Notes under the pieces: generated by a model
The model's database searches: none
What the model was told of the DNA's origin: nothing
The model's input: the letters and a program-made list of their open reading frames with translations, nothing else
Shown here: one piece after another, positions 63,659-74,024 of the stretch
Layout of the letters: each line of letters begins with the position of its first letter
How positions within the stretch are numbered: the first letter of the stretch is position 1
Program-made: the position numbers and the translations under genes
Assembly: GCF_000737315.1 (NCBI RefSeq)
Contig: NZ_JMCB01000008.1
Span: 20,001 to 268,000, forward strand
DNA: 248,000 bases
Source of the DNA: Hyalangium minutum
GTDB taxonomy: Bacteria > Myxococcota > Myxococcia > Myxococcales > Myxococcaceae
Direction of reading: 5' to 3'

Positions 63659-64339
63659 ATGGCGCGCATCCTGATCATCGAGGACGAGCAGGACCTCGCT
63701 GGACTCGTCGAGTACAACCTGCGCGCGGCGGGGTTCGAGACGGAGACGGCGAACACCGGCGCGGGCGGCCTGGCCAAGGCCCGGGCGCGAATGCCGGACC
63801 TCGTGCTGCTGGACCTGATGCTCCCGGACGTGGCCGGCAGCGAGGTGCTCCGGATGCTCAAGAGCGACACGGAGCTGCGCAAGGTGCCCGTCGTCATCGT
63901 CAGCGCCAAGGGCCAGGAGTCCGACCGCATCCAGGGCCTGGAGCTGGGCGCGGATGACTACGTGGTGAAGCCCTTCTCCGTCCGCGAGCTGATGCTGCGG
64001 GTCAGGGCGGTGCTGCGGCGCTCGGACGCGGACGAGGGCCCTGCCGCCCAGCTCACCGCCGGGGACATCCAGCTGGACACCGCCCGCCACCAGGTGCGCG
64101 TGAAGGGCCAGGAGGTGATCCTCACCGCGCTGGAGTTCCGCCTGCTGCGCACGCTGATGGAGCGCGGCGAGCGGGTGCAGACGCGCGAGGTCCTCCTATC
64201 CGACGTCTGGGGCATCCAGGCGGAGATCCACACCCGCACCGTGGACACGCACATCAAGCGCCTGCGCGAGAAGCTGGGGCCCGCGGGCGATATCATCGAG
64301 ACGGTCCGCGGCGTCGGCTACAAGCTCAACGTGCCGTGA
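63659..64339 (+). CDS. PhoB/PhoP-type response regulator
   Basis: REC plus winged helix, RTVDTHIKRLREK. Confidence 0.9.
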   Translation: MARILIIEDEQDLAGLVEYNLRAAGFETETANTGAGGLAKARARMPDLVLLDLMLPDVAGSEVLRMLKSDTELRKVPVVIVSAKGQESDRIQGLELGADDYVVKPFSVRELMLRVRAVLRRSDADEGPAAQLTAGDIQLDTARHQVRVKGQEVILTALEFRLLRTLMERGERVQTREVLLSDVWGIQAEIHTRTVDTHIKRLREKLGPAGDIIETVRGVGYKLNVP

Positions 64340-64358
64340 GCGCCTCGCTGGGCTGACC

Positions 64359-65717
64359 ATGCGCAACCTCCTCGTGCCGCTGCTGTTGCCCGCGATGGGC
64401 GTCATCGTGGTGCTGGTCGTCCTGGGGACCCCGGGCAGCGCCATCGCCGCGGCCATGGTGACGATGGCGGGCTTCGTCATCGCCATCGTCGCCAGCCGGG
64501 ACAGCATCCAGCGCCAGCTCCAGGTGCTCTTGCGAAAGACACGGGGCCGCATCGAGGGCACTCCCTCAGGGCCCTCCGTCGCCCAGGAGGAGGACACCTT
64601 GGACGAGGTGGCCCACCTGGAAGGAGCCATCCAGTCGCTCCACTCCCGGTTGACCGCTCAGAACGCCCAGCTCTCCCAGGAGACCCGCACCCTCACCGCC
64701 GTGCTGGACAGCATGATCGAGGGCATCTGGATCACCGACGCCCAGGGCACCGTGGTGCACCACAATGACGCCCTGCGCGAGATGCTCCAGCCAGGCAGCA
64801 CGGGGATTGTCGGCCAGCGCCCCCTCGCCCTCATCCGCAACGAGGAGCTGAACGACGCGGTCATTCGCGCCTGCCGCGAGGGCGCCTCCACCCGCCTGGA
64901 GCTGCAGCTGGAGGGGCTCTTTCCCCGCACGCTCGCCATCCGCGTCACCCCCCTGGGCAAGGACCTGCCGGGCAGCGCCGCCGTGTTTCACGATGTGACG
65001 GAGCTGCGGCGGCTGGAGAAGGTCCGCAAGGACTTCGTGGCCAACGTCTCGCACGAGCTGCGCACCCCCATCACCGCCATCCGCGGCTACTCGGAGACGC
65101 TCCAGAGCGGCGCGCTGAAGGACCCGGAGGTGGCTCCCAAGATGGTGGAGATCATCCACCGCCAATCCGAGCGCCTCTCCGAGCTCGTCGAGGACCTGCT
65201 GGAGCTGTCCCGGCTGGAGTCCCGCGAGGTGAAGCTGAACATCTCCCATGTCCCCATGGCCGTGGCCACGGCTCGGGCCGCGGAGACCGTCCGGCCCAAG
65301 GCGGCGGGGAAGAACATCCAGCTGGAGCTCCACGTCCCCACTGACTTGATGGCCCGAGGAGACGAGCGGGCGGTCGAGCAGGTGCTCCTCAACCTGCTGG
65401 ACAACGCAGTGAAGTACACCCCGCCCGGCGGCCGGGTGGACGTCTTCGGCACATTGGAAGAAGGGCGCTGCGTGGTCCGGGTGAAGGACACCGGGGTGGG
65501 CATCGAACCCAAGCACCTGGCCCGAATCTTCGAGCGCTTCTACCGGGTGGACAAAGGTCGCAGCCGGGACATGGGCGGCACGGGCCTGGGGCTCTCCATC
65601 GTGAAGCACCTGGTCGGGGCCATGGAGGGGGAGGTCAAGGTAGAGAGCCAGCCCCAGGTCGGCAGCCTTTTTGCGATTTTTCTCCCTGTGGCTGCCCCGG
65701 AGGCGGCATCCGGGTAG
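64359..65717 (+). CDS. PhoR-type sensor kinase
   Basis: PAS, FVANVSHELRTP, GGTGLGL. Confidence 0.9.
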   Translation: MRNLLVPLLLPAMGVIVVLVVLGTPGSAIAAAMVTMAGFVIAIVASRDSIQRQLQVLLRKTRGRIEGTPSGPSVAQEEDTLDEVAHLEGAIQSLHSRLTAQNAQLSQETRTLTAVLDSMIEGIWITDAQGTVVHHNDALREMLQPGSTGIVGQRPLALIRNEELNDAVIRACREGASTRLELQLEGLFPRTLAIRVTPLGKDLPGSAAVFHDVTELRRLEKVRKDFVANVSHELRTPITAIRGYSETLQSGALKDPEVAPKMVEIIHRQSERLSELVEDLLELSRLESREVKLNISHVPMAVATARAAETVRPKAAGKNIQLELHVPTDLMARGDERAVEQVLLNLLDNAVKYTPPGGRVDVFGTLEEGRCVVRVKDTGVGIEPKHLARIFERFYRVDKGRSRDMGGTGLGLSIVKHLVGAMEGEVKVESQPQVGSLFAIFLPVAAPEAASG

Positions 65718-65729
65718 GATAACGGCACG

Positions 65730-66722
65730 ATGCGGGTCGCTATCCTCGCGGACATTCACGGCAATCTCCCCGCCTGCGAGGCTGTCCTCGAGGACATCGA
65801 GCGGATGGCGCCCGACTACATTGTCGCCGCCGGGGATCTCGCGCTGCGAGGCGCCCACCCTCGCGAGACGGTGGAGCTGCTCGCCGACAAGTGCGACGCG
65901 CTGTTGATGGGCAACACGGACTGCTACCTCGCAGGCAACTACCTGGGCGGCGCCTACCGCGACCGGGACCACTGGAAGACGGAACTGCTCCGGTGGACGC
66001 GAGACCAGCTGGGCGAGGCCCACCTCAAGATGCTCGGCGCCCTGCCCTTCTCCATCCGCTACTCGCCGCGCAAGGGCCAGGACCTGTTCGTCTGCCACGC
66101 GAACCCGAAGAACCTCGAGGAGTCGCTGGACCCCACGCTGGACGAAATGTCCGTGCGCCGCTTCTTCATGCACCTGGACGCGGCCGCCTGTGCCTTCGGG
66201 CACCTGCACTTCCCCTACCGCCGCCGCGTGGGCCGGATGATCATCGCCGACGTGGCCAGCGCGGGGATTCCTCGAGACGGAGACCTGCGTCCCGCCTACG
66301 GCATCTTCACGTACACGCCCAAGGGCTGGCGCGTGCAGATCCGCCGGGTGCGCTACCCGGTGCGCAAAGCCACCCAGGCGCTCACCGCGCGCAAGGTCCC
66401 GGGCGGCCCCATCCTCATCCACAAGCTCGTCGAGGCGCGCTACCGCCACCACCACGCGCTGCTGGAGGCCGCGCGCCGCCACTCGGGCCTGCCACCTCCG
66501 GGCCCCGTGCTGCGTCCGCCTCCGGGTGCGCCCGTTCGCAACCTGGTCACCGAGATGCCTGTCGCGGAGGAGCCGCCCGTACCGCGAGACGAGGCCGAGG
66601 CCGCCGCCCTGCGCCAGGAGGCGGTGGACCCCACGGACCTCGGCCACGCCCAGGCTGCGGCGCTGTCGAACGAGCCCGCGCTCGCCGCACAGCTCGAGAA
66701 CGTCAACGACATGGACGGCTGA
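65730..66722 (+). CDS. Metallophosphoesterase
   Basis: DIHGN, GD, GNTD, GHLH. Confidence 0.85.
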   Translation: MRVAILADIHGNLPACEAVLEDIERMAPDYIVAAGDLALRGAHPRETVELLADKCDALLMGNTDCYLAGNYLGGAYRDRDHWKTELLRWTRDQLGEAHLKMLGALPFSIRYSPRKGQDLFVCHANPKNLEESLDPTLDEMSVRRFFMHLDAAACAFGHLHFPYRRRVGRMIIADVASAGIPRDGDLRPAYGIFTYTPKGWRVQIRRVRYPVRKATQALTARKVPGGPILIHKLVEARYRHHHALLEAARRHSGLPPPGPVLRPPPGAPVRNLVTEMPVAEEPPVPRDEAEAAALRQEAVDPTDLGHAQAAALSNEPALAAQLENVNDMDG

Positions 66723-66774
66723 CACACAGGCGTCGCTTGCCTGTGTCCGGAGCCAGGGATAGGGACGGCGCTCC

Positions 66775-67269
66775 ATGTCCGTCCACATGCTTCCGTTGAT
66801 GATTGTCCGCCACGCGGTGGCGGAGGATGAACACCCGCTCGGTGACGAGGCCCGCGCCCTCACCTCCGAAGGCCGCGCCGCCTTCCGCCAGCATGCACGC
66901 AAGCTCGCGCGCCTCACCCCACTGACGGGCATCGTCACGAGCCCGCTGGTGCGCGCCGTTCAGACAGCGGAGATCCTCGCCGAGGCCTTCGGCATCGGAC
67001 AGGTGGAGGTGCACGGCGCGCTGCTGCCCCACGCGAACGCGCACAAGCGCATCCTGGAGCTGGCCTTGGAGCTGGGTCAGGGCTGGGCGCTGGTGGGCCA
67101 CAACCCGGGGCTGGCCCGCGCCGGTGCGCGAGCGCTCGGCGAGGAGCTTCCAGACAAACTGCGCAAGGGTACCGTGCTGGCGCTGAACCCTTCCGGCAAG
67201 CGCTTCGAGCTGGCCTGGTTCGCCTCACCCGGGCGGGCCGTGCTGCGCCCCGGCGAGCGCCGCTCCTGA
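66775..67269 (+). CDS. SixA-type histidine phosphatase
   Basis: VRHA, SPLVRAVQTA, VGHNP. Confidence 0.85.
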   Translation: MSVHMLPLMIVRHAVAEDEHPLGDEARALTSEGRAAFRQHARKLARLTPLTGIVTSPLVRAVQTAEILAEAFGIGQVEVHGALLPHANAHKRILELALELGQGWALVGHNPGLARAGARALGEELPDKLRKGTVLALNPSGKRFELAWFASPGRAVLRPGERRS

Positions 67270-67277
67270 GCACCGGT

Positions 67278-67359
67278 TGTCACAGGCCTGCAACACGGCC
67301 GCGCAACCCTGCGAAATCCCAGTGCACGCTTCGTCACGCAGTTGTTTCACCTGCGTCAC
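67278..67359 (+). promoter_or_regulatory. Pho-box-like repeats
   Basis: TGTCACA/TGCAACA (11 bp apart) and CGTCAC...CGTCAC (22 bp apart). Confidence 0.55.
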
Positions 67360-67395
67360 GATGCCGCAAACGGCGAGGACTATCTCTGCGCCGTC

Positions 67396-68085
67396 ATGTC
67401 CCACGTCCTCATCGTCGATGACGAGCGAGATCTCGCCGAGCTCATCGACTTCAACCTGAAGTCGGCTGGCTTCTCCACCCAAGTCGCCTCGACGGGCGAG
67501 GCGGCCCTCTCCGCGGCAAGGCAGCAGCGGCCCGATCTCGTCCTGCTGGACCTGATGCTCCCGGACATGCCCGGCACGGAGGTATGCCGGCAGCTCCGAG
67601 CGGGAGCGAACACCCGGGACATCCTTATCGTCATGCTCACCGCCAAGGGCGAGGAGGCGGACCGCGTGCTCGGCTTCGAGGTAGGCGCGGACGACTACGT
67701 CACCAAGCCCTTCAGCGTCCGCGAGCTGGTGCTGCGCCTGAAGGCCATCCTGCGCCGCAGCGGGGCGCCGAAGGACAGCGTGGCGCCCGTGACGCTCGGA
67801 TCCCTCAAGCTGGACGTGGGCGCCCACCGCTTCTACGTGGAGGGCAAGGAAGTCCCCCTCACCGCGCTGGAGTTCCGCCTCCTGGAGTACTTGATGACGC
67901 GCGTAGGCCGCGTGCAGTCGCGCGAGCAGCTCCTCGAGGAAGTCTGGGGCCTGTCCAGCGCACTCGAGACGCGCACCATCGACACCCACGTGATGCGCCT
68001 GCGCGACAAGCTCGGGCCCGCGCGCACCTCCCTCGAGACGGTGCGCGGTGTCGGCTACCGAATCGTCGACTCCGCTGCCTCCTGA
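67396..68085 (+). CDS. PhoB/PhoP-type response regulator heading pst operon
   Basis: REC plus wHTH, RTIDTHVMRLRDK. Confidence 0.9.
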   Translation: MSHVLIVDDERDLAELIDFNLKSAGFSTQVASTGEAALSAARQQRPDLVLLDLMLPDMPGTEVCRQLRAGANTRDILIVMLTAKGEEADRVLGFEVGADDYVTKPFSVRELVLRLKAILRRSGAPKDSVAPVTLGSLKLDVGAHRFYVEGKEVPLTALEFRLLEYLMTRVGRVQSREQLLEEVWGLSSALETRTIDTHVMRLRDKLGPARTSLETVRGVGYRIVDSAAS

Positions 68086-68180
68086 AGAGGCGTGACCCAT
68101 TTGGCACTCGCGCGCCGCGAAACAGCCACAGACACCCCATAAATCGCCCGCGCCGCTATCCACTGGAGTTGCACACCCCG

Positions 68181-69422
68181 ATGAAAAACGTCCTTGTTGC
68201 TCTGATGACCTTGGCCTCGAGTGCCGCGCTGGCGCAGGCCGCCGAGCCGCAGCCGGCCACGGGTGCCACGCCCGCAGCCGAGACCTCCGAGGCCCCCGCC
68301 GCCCCCGCCGCCCCCTCCGTGGAGGAGCGGCTGACCACCACCGAGGGCAAGGTCGCGGCGCTCGAGGAGCAGAACATCGAGACGAAGAACGATCTCGGCA
68401 TCCTCAAGAAGCTCAAGTTCTCCGGCTACATCCAGGCGCGCTACCAGTACCAGCAGACGGACTACGACGAGGCCGCGCCGGAGCTGAAGCTGACGGACGG
68501 CTTCAGCCGCTTCACCGTGCGCCGCGGCCGCATCAAGGCGGCCTACACCGGCGATACGGGCCTGGCGATGATCCAAGTCGACATCATCCCCACGGCGGTG
68601 CAGCTGCGAGACGCGGAGGCCACGCTCTTCATCCCCGGGACCAAGCAGAACCTGTCCATCACGCTGGGCCAGATGAAGGTGCCGTTCAACTTCGAGGGCC
68701 CCTTCTCCTCCAGCGAGCGCGAGTTCCCTGAGCGCTCCCGCATGACGGGCGCCTTCCTCCCGGGCGAGCGGGATCGCGGCGTCCGGCTCAACGGCAAGTA
68801 CGGCGCCCTGCGCGCCGCCGCTGGCGTCTTCGATGGCAACGCCATGAACAACGTGGGCTTCGTCGGCACGGACAATGACAAGGAGAAGGACGTCATTGGC
68901 CGCCTGGGCTTTGACCTGAAGTGGATCTCCGGCGGCATGTCCGGTTGGAAGGGCCTCACCCTGGGCAAGCGCAATGGGGACACTACGCGGAAGGCCTACC
69001 CGCGCACCCGCCTCGGTGCCGACCTTCAGGTCTATCTGGATCTGGTGCCCGTGGGCGGCACGGCCTTCAAGGCGGAGTACGCCACCGGGAAGACCTACCA
69101 GCGCAACAACGTCGAGCAGCTCGGCCTCCCCGCGAGTGGCTGGTGGGCGCAGATCGCCCAGAACATCGGTGTGTCGGACGAGGCGGTCGTCCGCTACGAG
69201 TACTTCGACTACGAGAACGGCCGGCCCGCCCAGGAGAGCGGCAGCAAGCTGGGCGCCAACAACGCCATCGGCACGCTGGGCCTCGCGTACATCCACTACT
69301 TCGGCGAGACCGTGAAGCTCACTGCGGCCTACGAGCTCAACAAGACCGAGACCGTCAAGGACGGCACCGCCGAGGACCCCACCGACAACCTCTTCACCCT
69401 GCAGCTGCAGGCCCGTTACTAG
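68181..69422 (+). CDS. Phosphate-selective porin (OprO/P-like)
   Basis: Signal peptide, coiled coil, barrel ending QLQARY; in pst operon. Confidence 0.7.
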   Translation: MKNVLVALMTLASSAALAQAAEPQPATGATPAAETSEAPAAPAAPSVEERLTTTEGKVAALEEQNIETKNDLGILKKLKFSGYIQARYQYQQTDYDEAAPELKLTDGFSRFTVRRGRIKAAYTGDTGLAMIQVDIIPTAVQLRDAEATLFIPGTKQNLSITLGQMKVPFNFEGPFSSSEREFPERSRMTGAFLPGERDRGVRLNGKYGALRAAAGVFDGNAMNNVGFVGTDNDKEKDVIGRLGFDLKWISGGMSGWKGLTLGKRNGDTTRKAYPRTRLGADLQVYLDLVPVGGTAFKAEYATGKTYQRNNVEQLGLPASGWWAQIAQNIGVSDEAVVRYEYFDYENGRPAQESGSKLGANNAIGTLGLAYIHYFGETVKLTAAYELNKTETVKDGTAEDPTDNLFTLQLQARY

Positions 69423-69453
69423 TCCTCTCACCTCTCAAAAGGAGAGCCTTCAC

Positions 69454-70275
69454 ATGAAGAAATTCCTCGCGTCATTCCTCGCCGTCTTCCTGCTGGCCCT
69501 CCCGGTGGTGGCCCAGGCGGGCACCGTCACCGTCAAGGGCTCGGACACCATGGTCATCCTCGGCCAGCGCTGGGCCGAGGAGTTCATGAAGAAGAACCCC
69601 AGCACCAAGCTTCAGGTGACGGGCGGCGGCTCCGGCACGGGCATCTCCGCGCTCATCAACGGCACCACCGACATCTGCATGTCCAGCCGCCCCATCAAGG
69701 ACGCGGAGTCCGAGAAGCTCCGGACCCGCTTCAACACCACCGGCACGGAGATCGCCGTCGCCAAGGACGGCGTCACCTTCTACGTGAACGAGAAGAACCC
69801 GCTCACCTCCCTGACGCAGGAGCAGCTCAAGGGCATCTACCTGGGCGACATCACCAACTGGAAGGACGTCGGCGGCCCGGACGCGCCCATCGTCGTCTAC
69901 TCCCGCGAGAACTCCTCCGGCACCTACGTCTTCGTGAAGGACAACCTGCTCGGGGGGGAGGACTACACCGCCAGCGCGCAGACGCTGCCGGGCACCGCCG
70001 CGGTGGTGAACGCCGTCTCCAAGGAGAAGAACGGCATTGGCTACGGCGGCGCCGCCTACGCCAAGGGCATCAAGGAGCTGAAGATCAAGGTGGGCAGCGC
70101 CGAGGTGGCTCCCAGCGCCGAGAACATCAAGAGCGGCAAGTACCCGCTCTCGCGCGATCTGTACTTCTACCTGCGCAACAAGCCCACCGGTGAGGCGAAG
70201 GCCTTCATCGACTACGCCCTGTCGGCCGAGGGCCAGCAGCTGGTCACCAAGGTGGGCTACTTCCCTGTGAAGTAG
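69454..70275 (+). CDS. pstS: Phosphate-binding protein
   Basis: KGSDTM, GGGSGTG, SRENSSGT. Confidence 0.93.
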   Translation: MKKFLASFLAVFLLALPVVAQAGTVTVKGSDTMVILGQRWAEEFMKKNPSTKLQVTGGGSGTGISALINGTTDICMSSRPIKDAESEKLRTRFNTTGTEIAVAKDGVTFYVNEKNPLTSLTQEQLKGIYLGDITNWKDVGGPDAPIVVYSRENSSGTYVFVKDNLLGGEDYTASAQTLPGTAAVVNAVSKEKNGIGYGGAAYAKGIKELKIKVGSAEVAPSAENIKSGKYPLSRDLYFYLRNKPTGEAKAFIDYALSAEGQQLVTKVGYFPVK

Positions 70276-70277
70276 GT

Positions 70278-70295
70278 CGTCACACGATTGTCACG
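70278..70295 (+). promoter_or_regulatory. Pho-box-like repeat between pstS and pstC
   Basis: CGTCACA / TGTCACG 11 bp apart. Confidence 0.55.
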
Positions 70296-70311
70296 CGAGG
70301 CGCTGAGTCAG

Positions 70312-71322
70312 ATGGATAGAGAAGCCGCCATGCAGCAGGGTCTCGCGGAAACCATGGTCGTGCCGCGGCTGTCTCCGGCGGCGCGGCGACGGCAGCTCCG
70401 GGAGAAGGCCATCGCCGGCCTCATCACGGTGATGGCTTTCACCGGCATTGCCGCGCTGGTGCTCATCATCGTCTTCATCGCGAAGGAGGCGCTGGGGCTC
70501 TTCCTGGATGCCCACGCCCGCGAGGAGGCGAGCCTCGCCAAGATGTTCACGGCCCAGCCCACCCGGCCGGGCAAGCCGCTGGCCTACCTCTGGCAACCGG
70601 TGTCCAACGTGCCGAAGGTGAGCATGATCCCGCTCTTCGTCGGCACGCTGAAGACGACGCTCGTGTCCATGCTGGTGGCGGTGCCGGTGGGCGTGGCGGC
70701 CGCGCTGTTCGCCGCGGAGTTCGCGCCCCGGCGGCTGCGCGAGCTGCTCAAGCCCGTCATCGAGCTGCTGGCGGGCATCCCGTCCGTGGTGCTCGGCTTC
70801 TTCGCGCTGATGGTGCTGGCCTCCTTCCTCCAGGACACCTTTGGCTTCACCTACCGGCTCAACGCCGTGGTCGCGGGCCTGGGGCTGGCGCTGGCCATCG
70901 TGCCCGTCATCTTCACCGTGTCCGAGGACGCACTGACTGCGGTGCCTCGCAGCTACCGGGAGGCCTCGCTGGCGCTGGGGGCCACGCCGTGGGAGACCGC
71001 CTGGAAGGTCGTCCTTCCCGCGGCGGCCCCGGGCATCCTCGCCGCGTGCGTGCTGGGCTTCGGCCGGGCCATCGGTGAGACGATGATCGTCCTGATGGCC
71101 TCGGGTAACGCCGCCGTCGTCTCGGCCAACCTGAGTGACTCGGTGCGCTCGCTGTCGGCGACGATCGCCGCGGAGATGGGCGAGGTGGTGGTGGGCAGCC
71201 CTCACTACTCACTGCTCTTCTTCATCGGCGTGGAGCTGTTCATCTTCACCTTCATCCTGAACATGCTGGCGTCCGCCTGGACGAAGCGCGTCCTCAAGAA
71301 GCTCACGGGAGGTGCCGCGTGA
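70312..71322 (+). CDS. pstC: Phosphate ABC permease
   Basis: LAGIPSVV.G, RAIGETM. Confidence 0.92.
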   Translation: MDREAAMQQGLAETMVVPRLSPAARRRQLREKAIAGLITVMAFTGIAALVLIIVFIAKEALGLFLDAHAREEASLAKMFTAQPTRPGKPLAYLWQPVSNVPKVSMIPLFVGTLKTTLVSMLVAVPVGVAAALFAAEFAPRRLRELLKPVIELLAGIPSVVLGFFALMVLASFLQDTFGFTYRLNAVVAGLGLALAIVPVIFTVSEDALTAVPRSYREASLALGATPWETAWKVVLPAAAPGILAACVLGFGRAIGETMIVLMASGNAAVVSANLSDSVRSLSATIAAEMGEVVVGSPHYSLLFFIGVELFIFTFILNMLASAWTKRVLKKLTGGAA

Positions 71323-72230
71323 AGTACGGCACACGCCGGACATTGGGCGGCGCCCTGACGTCTCTGACGGGGCTGGCCGCGCTCCTCATCGTGGGGATGC
71401 TCGCGGTCATCCTCTGGGACGTAGTCCGAGGCGGCATCGGCCACGTCACCTGGCAGTTCCTCTCCGAGCCTCCCTCGGACGGCATGATGGGCGGCGGCAT
71501 CTTCCCCGCCCTCTATGGCACGGCGGCGCTGACGCTGCTGATGACGCTGGCGGTGATGCCGATGGGCGTACTCACCGCCGTCTATCTGCATGAGTACGCC
71601 CCGCCCGACTCGCAGCTGGCGCGATGGGTCCGGGTGGCCGTCGCCAACTTGGCGGGCGTCCCCTCCATCGTCTTCGGCCTCTTCGGGCTGGGATTCTTCA
71701 TTCACTTCGTCGGCGGCAGCCTGGATCGAGCGCTCGGATATCAGGAGCTGCACTGGGGCCAGCCCGGCATCCTCTGGGCCTCCCTCACGCTGGCGGTGCT
71801 GACGCTGCCGGTGGTCATCGTCGCCACGGAGGAGGCCCTGCGCGCCGTTCCCTTGGATCACCGCACGGCGAGCCTCGCGCTGGGAGCCACCCAGTCCCAG
71901 ACGCTGATTCGGGTGGTGCTGCCGGGCGCGCTTCCGGGCATCCTGACGGGCGCGGTGCTCGCTGTGTCCCGCGGAGCCGGCGAGGTGGCGCCCATCCTCT
72001 TTACCGGCGCGGCCTACTTCCTGCCGGAGCTTCCCTCGTCGCTGAGCTCGCAGTTCATGCACTTGGGCTACCACACGTACGTGCTCGCCACGCAGTCGCC
72101 GGACGTGGAGGCCACCCGTCCCCTCCTCTACGCCACGGTGCTGGTGCTGCTGATGCTCACCTTCGCCCTCAACCTCATCGCGGTTGTCATCCGGACTCGG
72201 ACTCGCCGGAAGGCCGCGAACGCCCACTGA
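71319..72230 (+). CDS. pstA: Phosphate ABC permease
   Basis: [18 protein letters not shown]. Confidence 0.92.
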   Translation: MKYGTRRTLGGALTSLTGLAALLIVGMLAVILWDVVRGGIGHVTWQFLSEPPSDGMMGGGIFPALYGTAALTLLMTLAVMPMGVLTAVYLHEYAPPDSQLARWVRVAVANLAGVPSIVFGLFGLGFFIHFVGGSLDRALGYQELHWGQPGILWASLTLAVLTLPVVIVATEEALRAVPLDHRTASLALGATQSQTLIRVVLPGALPGILTGAVLAVSRGAGEVAPILFTGAAYFLPELPSSLSSQFMHLGYHTYVLATQSPDVEATRPLLYATVLVLLMLTFALNLIAVVIRTRTRRKAANAH

Positions 72231-72240
72231 GACGCCGTCC

Positions 72241-73017
72241 ATGACCTTCCAGCCGCCCAGCCCGCGCATCAAGATGGAGGCGCGGGAGCTCACCCTTCGC
72301 TACGGCACCAAGGTGGCCATCAACAAGGTGAGCATCGCCATTCCCGAGCGTCAGGTGACGGCGCTCATCGGCCCCTCCGGGTGCGGGAAGTCCACCTTCC
72401 TGCGCTCGCTCAACCGGATGAACGATCTCATCACCAGTTCGAACCACACCGGCACCATCCTGTTGGACGGCGCGAGCATCCACGACTCCCACATGGACGT
72501 GGTGGATCTGCGGCGCCGCGTGGGCATGGTGTTCCAGAAGTCCAACCCGTTCCCCAAGTCCATCTTCGAGAACGTGGCCTACGGCCTGCGGGTGGGCGGG
72601 ATGAAGGACCGGGCGGAGCTCAGCACGCGCGTGGAGAAGTCCCTGCGCAGTGCGGCGCTCTGGGACGAGGTGAAGGACCGGCTGGACGAGAGTGCCCTGG
72701 GCCTGTCCGGCGGCCAGCAGCAGCGCCTGTGCATCGCCCGCGCCCTGGCGGTGGAGCCCGAGGTGCTGCTCATGGACGAGCCCGCGAGCGCCCTGGACCC
72801 GATCGCCACGGCGAAGATCGAGGAACTCATCCACGAGCTGAAGGCGACCTATACAATCGCGATCGTCACCCACAACATGCAGCAGGCGGCGCGGGTGAGC
72901 GATCGGACGGCTTTCTTCTACATGGGCGAGTTGGTGGAGTGCGGTCCCACGGAGCAGATCTTCACGAACCCCCGTGAGAAGCGCACCGAGGACTACGTCA
73001 CCGGGAAGTTCGGGTAG
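72241..73017 (+). CDS. pstB: Phosphate ABC ATPase
   Basis: [33 protein letters not shown]. Confidence 0.95.
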   Translation: MTFQPPSPRIKMEARELTLRYGTKVAINKVSIAIPERQVTALIGPSGCGKSTFLRSLNRMNDLITSSNHTGTILLDGASIHDSHMDVVDLRRRVGMVFQKSNPFPKSIFENVAYGLRVGGMKDRAELSTRVEKSLRSAALWDEVKDRLDESALGLSGGQQQRLCIARALAVEPEVLLMDEPASALDPIATAKIEELIHELKATYTIAIVTHNMQQAARVSDRTAFFYMGELVECGPTEQIFTNPREKRTEDYVTGKFG

Positions 73018-73030
73018 GAGCGAGGGGCGG

Positions 73031-73720
73031 ATGCCATCGATACATACCGACAAGGCTTTCGAGCAGGACCTGCGCGACCTGCGCGAGCGGCTGCTGGCCA
73101 TGGGCGCCAAGGTGGAGACGCTCATCGCCAACAGCGTGCGCGCGCTCACGGACAGGGACTCGGCACTGGCCGAGAACGTCATCAAGTCCGACAAGGACGT
73201 GAACCGCCTGGAGGTGGAGATTGACGATCTCTGCCGCCGCATCCTGGCGCTGCGGCAGCCCGCCGCGAGCGACCTGCGGCTCATCACCACGGCGCTGAAG
73301 ATCGTCACGGACCTGGAGCGCATTGGAGACCTGGCGGTGAACATCGCCGAGCGCTCCATTGACCTGAGCCAGGTGCCGCCGCTGGCGCCCTACATCGACA
73401 CGCCGCGGCTGGCCGAGCAGGCGCAGCAGCAGGTGAAAAAGGCGCTGGACTCCTTCGTGTCCAATGACGTGGTGAAGGCCGAAGAGGTGCTCAAGGGAGA
73501 CGATCTCCTGGATGCCCTCTTCCTGAAGATCTTCAACGAGCTCCTCGCGTACATGATGGAGGACTCGAAGAACATCCGCCGAGCCACGGCGCTGATGTTC
73601 ATCGCCAAGCACCTGGAGCGCATCGGCGACCACGCGATGAACGTGGCGGAGATGGTCATCTACATGGTGCGCGGCAAGGACATCCGCCACCCGCAGAGCC
73701 GGAACATTCCGCAGGAGTAG
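73031..73720 (+). CDS. phoU: Phosphate signalling protein PhoU
   Basis: RQPAASDLR, DLERIGD, HLERIGDH. Confidence 0.95.
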   Translation: MPSIHTDKAFEQDLRDLRERLLAMGAKVETLIANSVRALTDRDSALAENVIKSDKDVNRLEVEIDDLCRRILALRQPAASDLRLITTALKIVTDLERIGDLAVNIAERSIDLSQVPPLAPYIDTPRLAEQAQQQVKKALDSFVSNDVVKAEEVLKGDDLLDALFLKIFNELLAYMMEDSKNIRRATALMFIAKHLERIGDHAMNVAEMVIYMVRGKDIRHPQSRNIPQE

Positions 73721-73730
73721 CAAGCAGCCG

Positions 73731-73946
73731 GTGTCCTGGCAGGCGCTGCCGGCGGTGCTCTTCAAGGACGCCCTGCTCTTCATGGCGTGGTGCCATGGTC
73801 TGTTCAGCCGGACGGTGGACTGGCGAGGCACGCGGCTCCGGGTGCTGCCGGGCACGCGTCTGGTCCCGGTTCCCGTGGAGGCGCCAGCCTCGCTGGAGCT
73901 TGTCCCGAGCGAGGCCGAGCCGGCCGAGGAGCTGGTCGCGGGGTAA
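73731..73946 (+). pseudogene. C-terminal remnant of HpnI/ceramide glucosyltransferase-like GT2
   Basis: KDALLFMAW...RTVDWRGTRLRV matches GT2 C-termini; no N-terminus. Confidence 0.5.
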
Positions 73947-73981
73947 CCGCGTTGTCACACAGGGCTCCCACGGCTTTCACC
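73942..73981 (+). promoter_or_regulatory. Pho-box-like repeat array
   Basis: GGTAACC/TGTCACA/TTTCACC at 11 and 22 bp spacing. Confidence 0.5.
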
Positions 73982-74024
73982 TGCGCGCCATGAGGGTGTC
74001 TTCTCGGAGGGCTACTGATGGAGC

